Source: Vulcanimicrobiota bacterium
GTDB lineage: Bacteria; Vulcanimicrobiota; Vulcanimicrobiia; Vulcanimicrobiales; Vulcanimicrobiaceae
Length of the DNA: 64,000 nucleotides
NCBI GenBank assembly: GCA_963714015.1
Contig: OY970223.1
Span: 3,008,001 to 3,072,000 of the forward strand
Direction: 5' to 3'
Translations under genes and position numbers: made by a program
Notes under the pieces: model-generated
What the model was told of the DNA's origin: nothing
What the model saw: the letters and a program-made list of their open reading frames with translations, nothing else
The model's database searches: none
Part shown: in pieces, positions 60,817-64,000 of the stretch
How positions within the stretch are numbered: the first letter of the stretch is position 1
Layout of the letters: every line of letters begins with the position of its first letter

Positions 60817-61391
60817 CCACTACGACGGCGCGCTCGACGATTGCACCCGCGGAACGTAACACCGCCGCGCAATCCTCGAGCGTTGCCCCCGTCGTGACGA
60901 CGTCGTCGAGCAGCGTGACGCGCCGCCCGTCAAGCGATGCGCCGCGCCACGAAAAACGCCCGCGCGCGGCGAGCCTCGCGTCGCGATTCCTACCGCGCTG
61001 ACGATCGCCGGCCACTTGTTCCAATCCCAAAAGCGCCTCGGGGCCGCTGTACAGATACAGATGACCGGCGATGTATTCGCAGCCGTCGAATCCACGCTCT
61101 CGCCGCCGCGCCCGAGTTGTCGGAACCGGCACGGCCGGTTCATCAGCCGGAAGCAAGTTCCGCTAGCCGCTCCGAGAACGATCGCGCGACGTCTCGACGG
61201 CCGGCCTTGAGCGCAAGTACCGCCCGGCGCAACGGCCCTTCGTACTCGCCCAGCGCAGTAACGCAGAGCGTGGGAAGGTCGAAGCTCAGGTTGGTGTCCA
61301 CCGGCAGGCACCCCTCGCATATGCCCGTTCCGACTTTCGCGCAGCCTCCGCACATTGCGGGAAAGATGAATTCGATGATTTCTTGCAGCAC
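60806..61391 (-). CDS. comF: ComF family protein (frameshifted)
   Basis: CGGC...CEGC, YEGPLR, RRRERGF, LLDDVVTTGATL. Confidence 0.85.
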
Positions 61392-61429
61392 ATCGCGTCA
61401 TTCACGCTGCAATAGAAAGTGACAATCGT

Positions 61430-62928
61430 CATGGCAAGCAGTGCCGGGGTAATGAGCGGGTGCTGACATTTTTGTTCGCTGCCGTTCTGTGGCGAGCCGA
61501 CGGATATTCGTCCCGCGACGGTCTCAACGAGCACCGTAGTCGCCGCCTATTCGCGCGCGCGAGGAACCGCCGCGAGCGCTGCAATCCTCGAACGGTACCG
61601 GTTAACTGCCGGAGCGATGGAGATCGATGCAACAGCGGCGATCAAAGCCGTCGACTATCGCATCGATGCTTCGGTGGATGATGCAGACTATTCGATGGGC
61701 CGCGATGGAGGAAAGCGCTGGCGGCGTACGCCGAACGGCGTCGTGCGTTTTATCGAAAGCGACGTCCAAGGGGACGAGTTGGACCGTTGGCCTGAAGCCG
61801 TCGTGGGCTTCGACGCCGCCACCTGCAGTGTCGCCGGGCAAAGCGATACTGCATGGGTCCTGACTTGTCGCGCGCCTTGGGACGTACCGCACTGGTTTTA
61901 TGTGGACAAGGAATCCGGAAGAGTCAGTCGTGAGGTGTCGCGCGAAGGCACGCGCGTTGTGCGTTACGACTTCTCTGATTTCCGCAACACGATAAACGGA
62001 ACGACGCCCTTCCATTGGACGATCTCCGGTTTTGGCGGCGATGCCGAAGTAGAGGTCGTTTCAGTGCAGGCGGCGCCCGCAACGATCCTTCTGCAATTCC
62101 GACCTCGGATGACGTCTTCGAAATGCCGCCCGGGGTTCGAGCGCTTCAACTTTCCGCTAAAGTCGGCTTTCCGATTCGAATTCCGGTCAGCGTAAACAGC
62201 CATCCGGAGACATTCATTTTAGACACGGGAACCTCGCAGATCCTAATGGACGCCGGCGCCGCAGCGCGCGCAGGACTGCACTCGACGCTCGGCCACGCGA
62301 TTGCGTCCGAAATGCGCGTCGGTGACGTCCTAGGGCGCAACATCGCAATGCAAATCGTGGACATTTTCCATGGTTCCGACGGCGACGGACTCTTGGGCAA
62401 TGACTTTTTTCGCGGCCACATCGTCCATATCGACTATAACACCGGCGACCTGGACTTGTTCGCTCGCGACGGTTTTACGCCGCCTGCCGACGCACTGCCG
62501 TTGACTATCGACTTTCGGGAGGGCATGCCGCTCGTGAGCGTGGAGGTAGACTCTGCGTTTCGCGATCGCTATCGCCATCGACACCGGCTCGGTCGATATT
62601 TTGCTTGGCCCAACGTTTTTCAGCGGTCCGGACGCCGCAACGTTCTCTCCAAATTACGGCCGCGAAATCGAAATGAATTTTCTCGAGGGACCGCTGAACG
62701 TTCAGCGGGGAAGAGTAGCCGCGCTCGGTTCGGTGGCGTCCGATTCACATCGGCGCCGGCCGATCTGATTCGACCACTGCCCAACGACTTGGACATTCCC
62801 TTGAACGGGATATTGGGCTGCAACATTCTCGCTACTTTGAATGGTGGTTCGACTACGACTCCAACCGCGCATGGATTCGCTACACCAAAAACGCGTCCGG
62901 CAATCCTTGCGGACTGTTCCGGCGCTAG
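61430..62928 (+). CDS. Secreted retropepsin-like aspartyl protease (several frameshifts; ends approximate)
   Basis: FILDTGT, GLLGNDFF, second IDTGS and GILG motifs across frames. Confidence 0.65.
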
Positions 62929-62933
62929 GGCAC

Positions 62934-63926
62934 TCAGGCTAACGAGGCATCGGGCTCATTGGCGACAATCGCGCTCTCGAGCAGCAGGCCCGGTTCAACG
63001 GTGTAGTTCATGCCGACAATCGTGTCGCGAAGGATGGCGTTGTCTCCGATTGTCGAGCCTTGCCAAATGATCGAACGCTCGACGCGCGCGCCCTTGCCGA
63101 CGCTGACGCGAGCGCCAATCACGCTGGGGCCGACGATCTTTGCCGTAGCGTCGATCTGCGCATCAGGGGCAATCCATGAGTCGCTGCTGACCGGCGAATG
63201 GCCGGGAATTTGGAACTTGCCGGTAACGACGTCGATGCTTGCCCGACGATACTCGCCCGGTGTGCCGATGTCGCACCAGTACGATGTCCCGGCATCGTAA
63301 CCGTAAAACGCCTGATTCGCTTCGACGAGCGCCGGAAATACTTGCTTTCCGAAATCGTAGAATTCGCCGGAGGGAATGTAATCGAATATCTGGGGTGAGA
63401 AGGCGTAAATGCCGGTGTTCACGAGATTGCTCAGTTCGGTTCCTTTTGCGGGCTTTTCTTGAAAACCCGTTATCCTGCCCGTTTCGTCGGTCACGACGAC
63501 ACCGTACTGATCGACTTCGTCGCGCTGCACCAGACCGATGGTCGCGATCGCCTTTCGGCTCCCGTGAAAATCGAAAAGCCGATCGAGTGGCAGATTCGTC
63601 AAGTCATCGCAACCGACGACCACGAACGGGGCGCCTGAAAGGAACGACTTCATCTGCTCGACGGCACCGGCGCTCCCGAGCAGCACCTTCTCGTGCAGAT
63701 ACTCAAGACGTACGCCGTATTGCGAGCCGTCGCCGAGCGCGTCGACGATCATCTGGGGCAGATAGTGCACGTTGATCGCAATGTCGTCGAAGCCGTAGGA
63801 TTTCAAATAACGGATCAAATGTACGGCGTTGGGTTCGCCCGCAACAGGGACCAGCGGTTTGGGCACTTGCTTGGTGAGCGGGTACAGACGCGTGCTGAGC
63901 CCGCCGGCGAGAATCATCGCCCTCAT
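62934..63926 (-). CDS. NDP-sugar synthase (mannose-1-phosphate guanylyltransferase-like)
   Basis: ILAGGLSTRLYPLT..PKPL, FQEKP, YWCDIG, C-terminal left-handed beta-helix. Confidence 0.92.
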   Translation of the reverse strand: MRAMILAGGLSTRLYPLTKQVPKPLVPVAGEPNAVHLIRYLKSYGFDDIAINVHYLPQMIVDALGDGSQYGVRLEYLHEKVLLGSAGAVEQMKSFLSGAPFVVVGCDDLTNLPLDRLFDFHGSRKAIATIGLVQRDEVDQYGVVVTDETGRITGFQEKPAKGTELSNLVNTGIYAFSPQIFDYIPSGEFYDFGKQVFPALVEANQAFYGYDAGTSYWCDIGTPGEYRRASIDVVTGKFQIPGHSPVSSDSWIAPDAQIDATAKIVGPSVIGARVSVGKGARVERSIIWQGSTIGDNAILRDTIVGMNYTVEPGLLLESAIVANEPDASLA

Positions 63927-64000
63927 CGGTTATACTTTCCCTTTCACGAAACGCGACCGGACGCTTTCGCCGGCAACGAGCAAGACAAATCGCGGCAGCG

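Overview
GC-rich bacterial chromosomal window. The gene style suggests Eremiobacterota/Vulcanimicrobiota, but this is inference only. Many isolated single-base frameshifts, including in purB and ribH, point to uncorrected long-read errors. The left half is a purine-biosynthesis cluster with unusual parts: two archaeal-type PurP paralogues, a PAICS-like PurC fused to a degenerate PurE domain, a double-length PurS and a GNAT-PurN fusion. It also holds pepA, panB, an MFS pump and a yccA gene with an upstream LexA-like box. A cysteine dioxygenase/FAD-oxidoreductase cassette is bracketed by a 43-48 bp duplication of the 3' end of a FUSC gene. The right half contains riboflavin genes (ribD, ribE, XRE-HTH-ribBA, ribH) split by a >9 kb mobile hotspot at the ribBA promoter. 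There, IS1595-type units are stacked in tandem, each separated by the same 8-bp sequence ACAACTGT. A second, SWIM-zinc-finger/DDE insertion sequence (15-bp IRs, 3-bp TNA duplication, unannotated 48-aa zinc-ribbon gene) sits at the same position, 14-15 bp inside the IS1595 terminal repeats, at four unit ends. This nested, target-specific two-element system is the best candidate for novelty. The window ends with tandem M61 peptidases, comF, an aspartyl protease and an NDP-sugar synthase.
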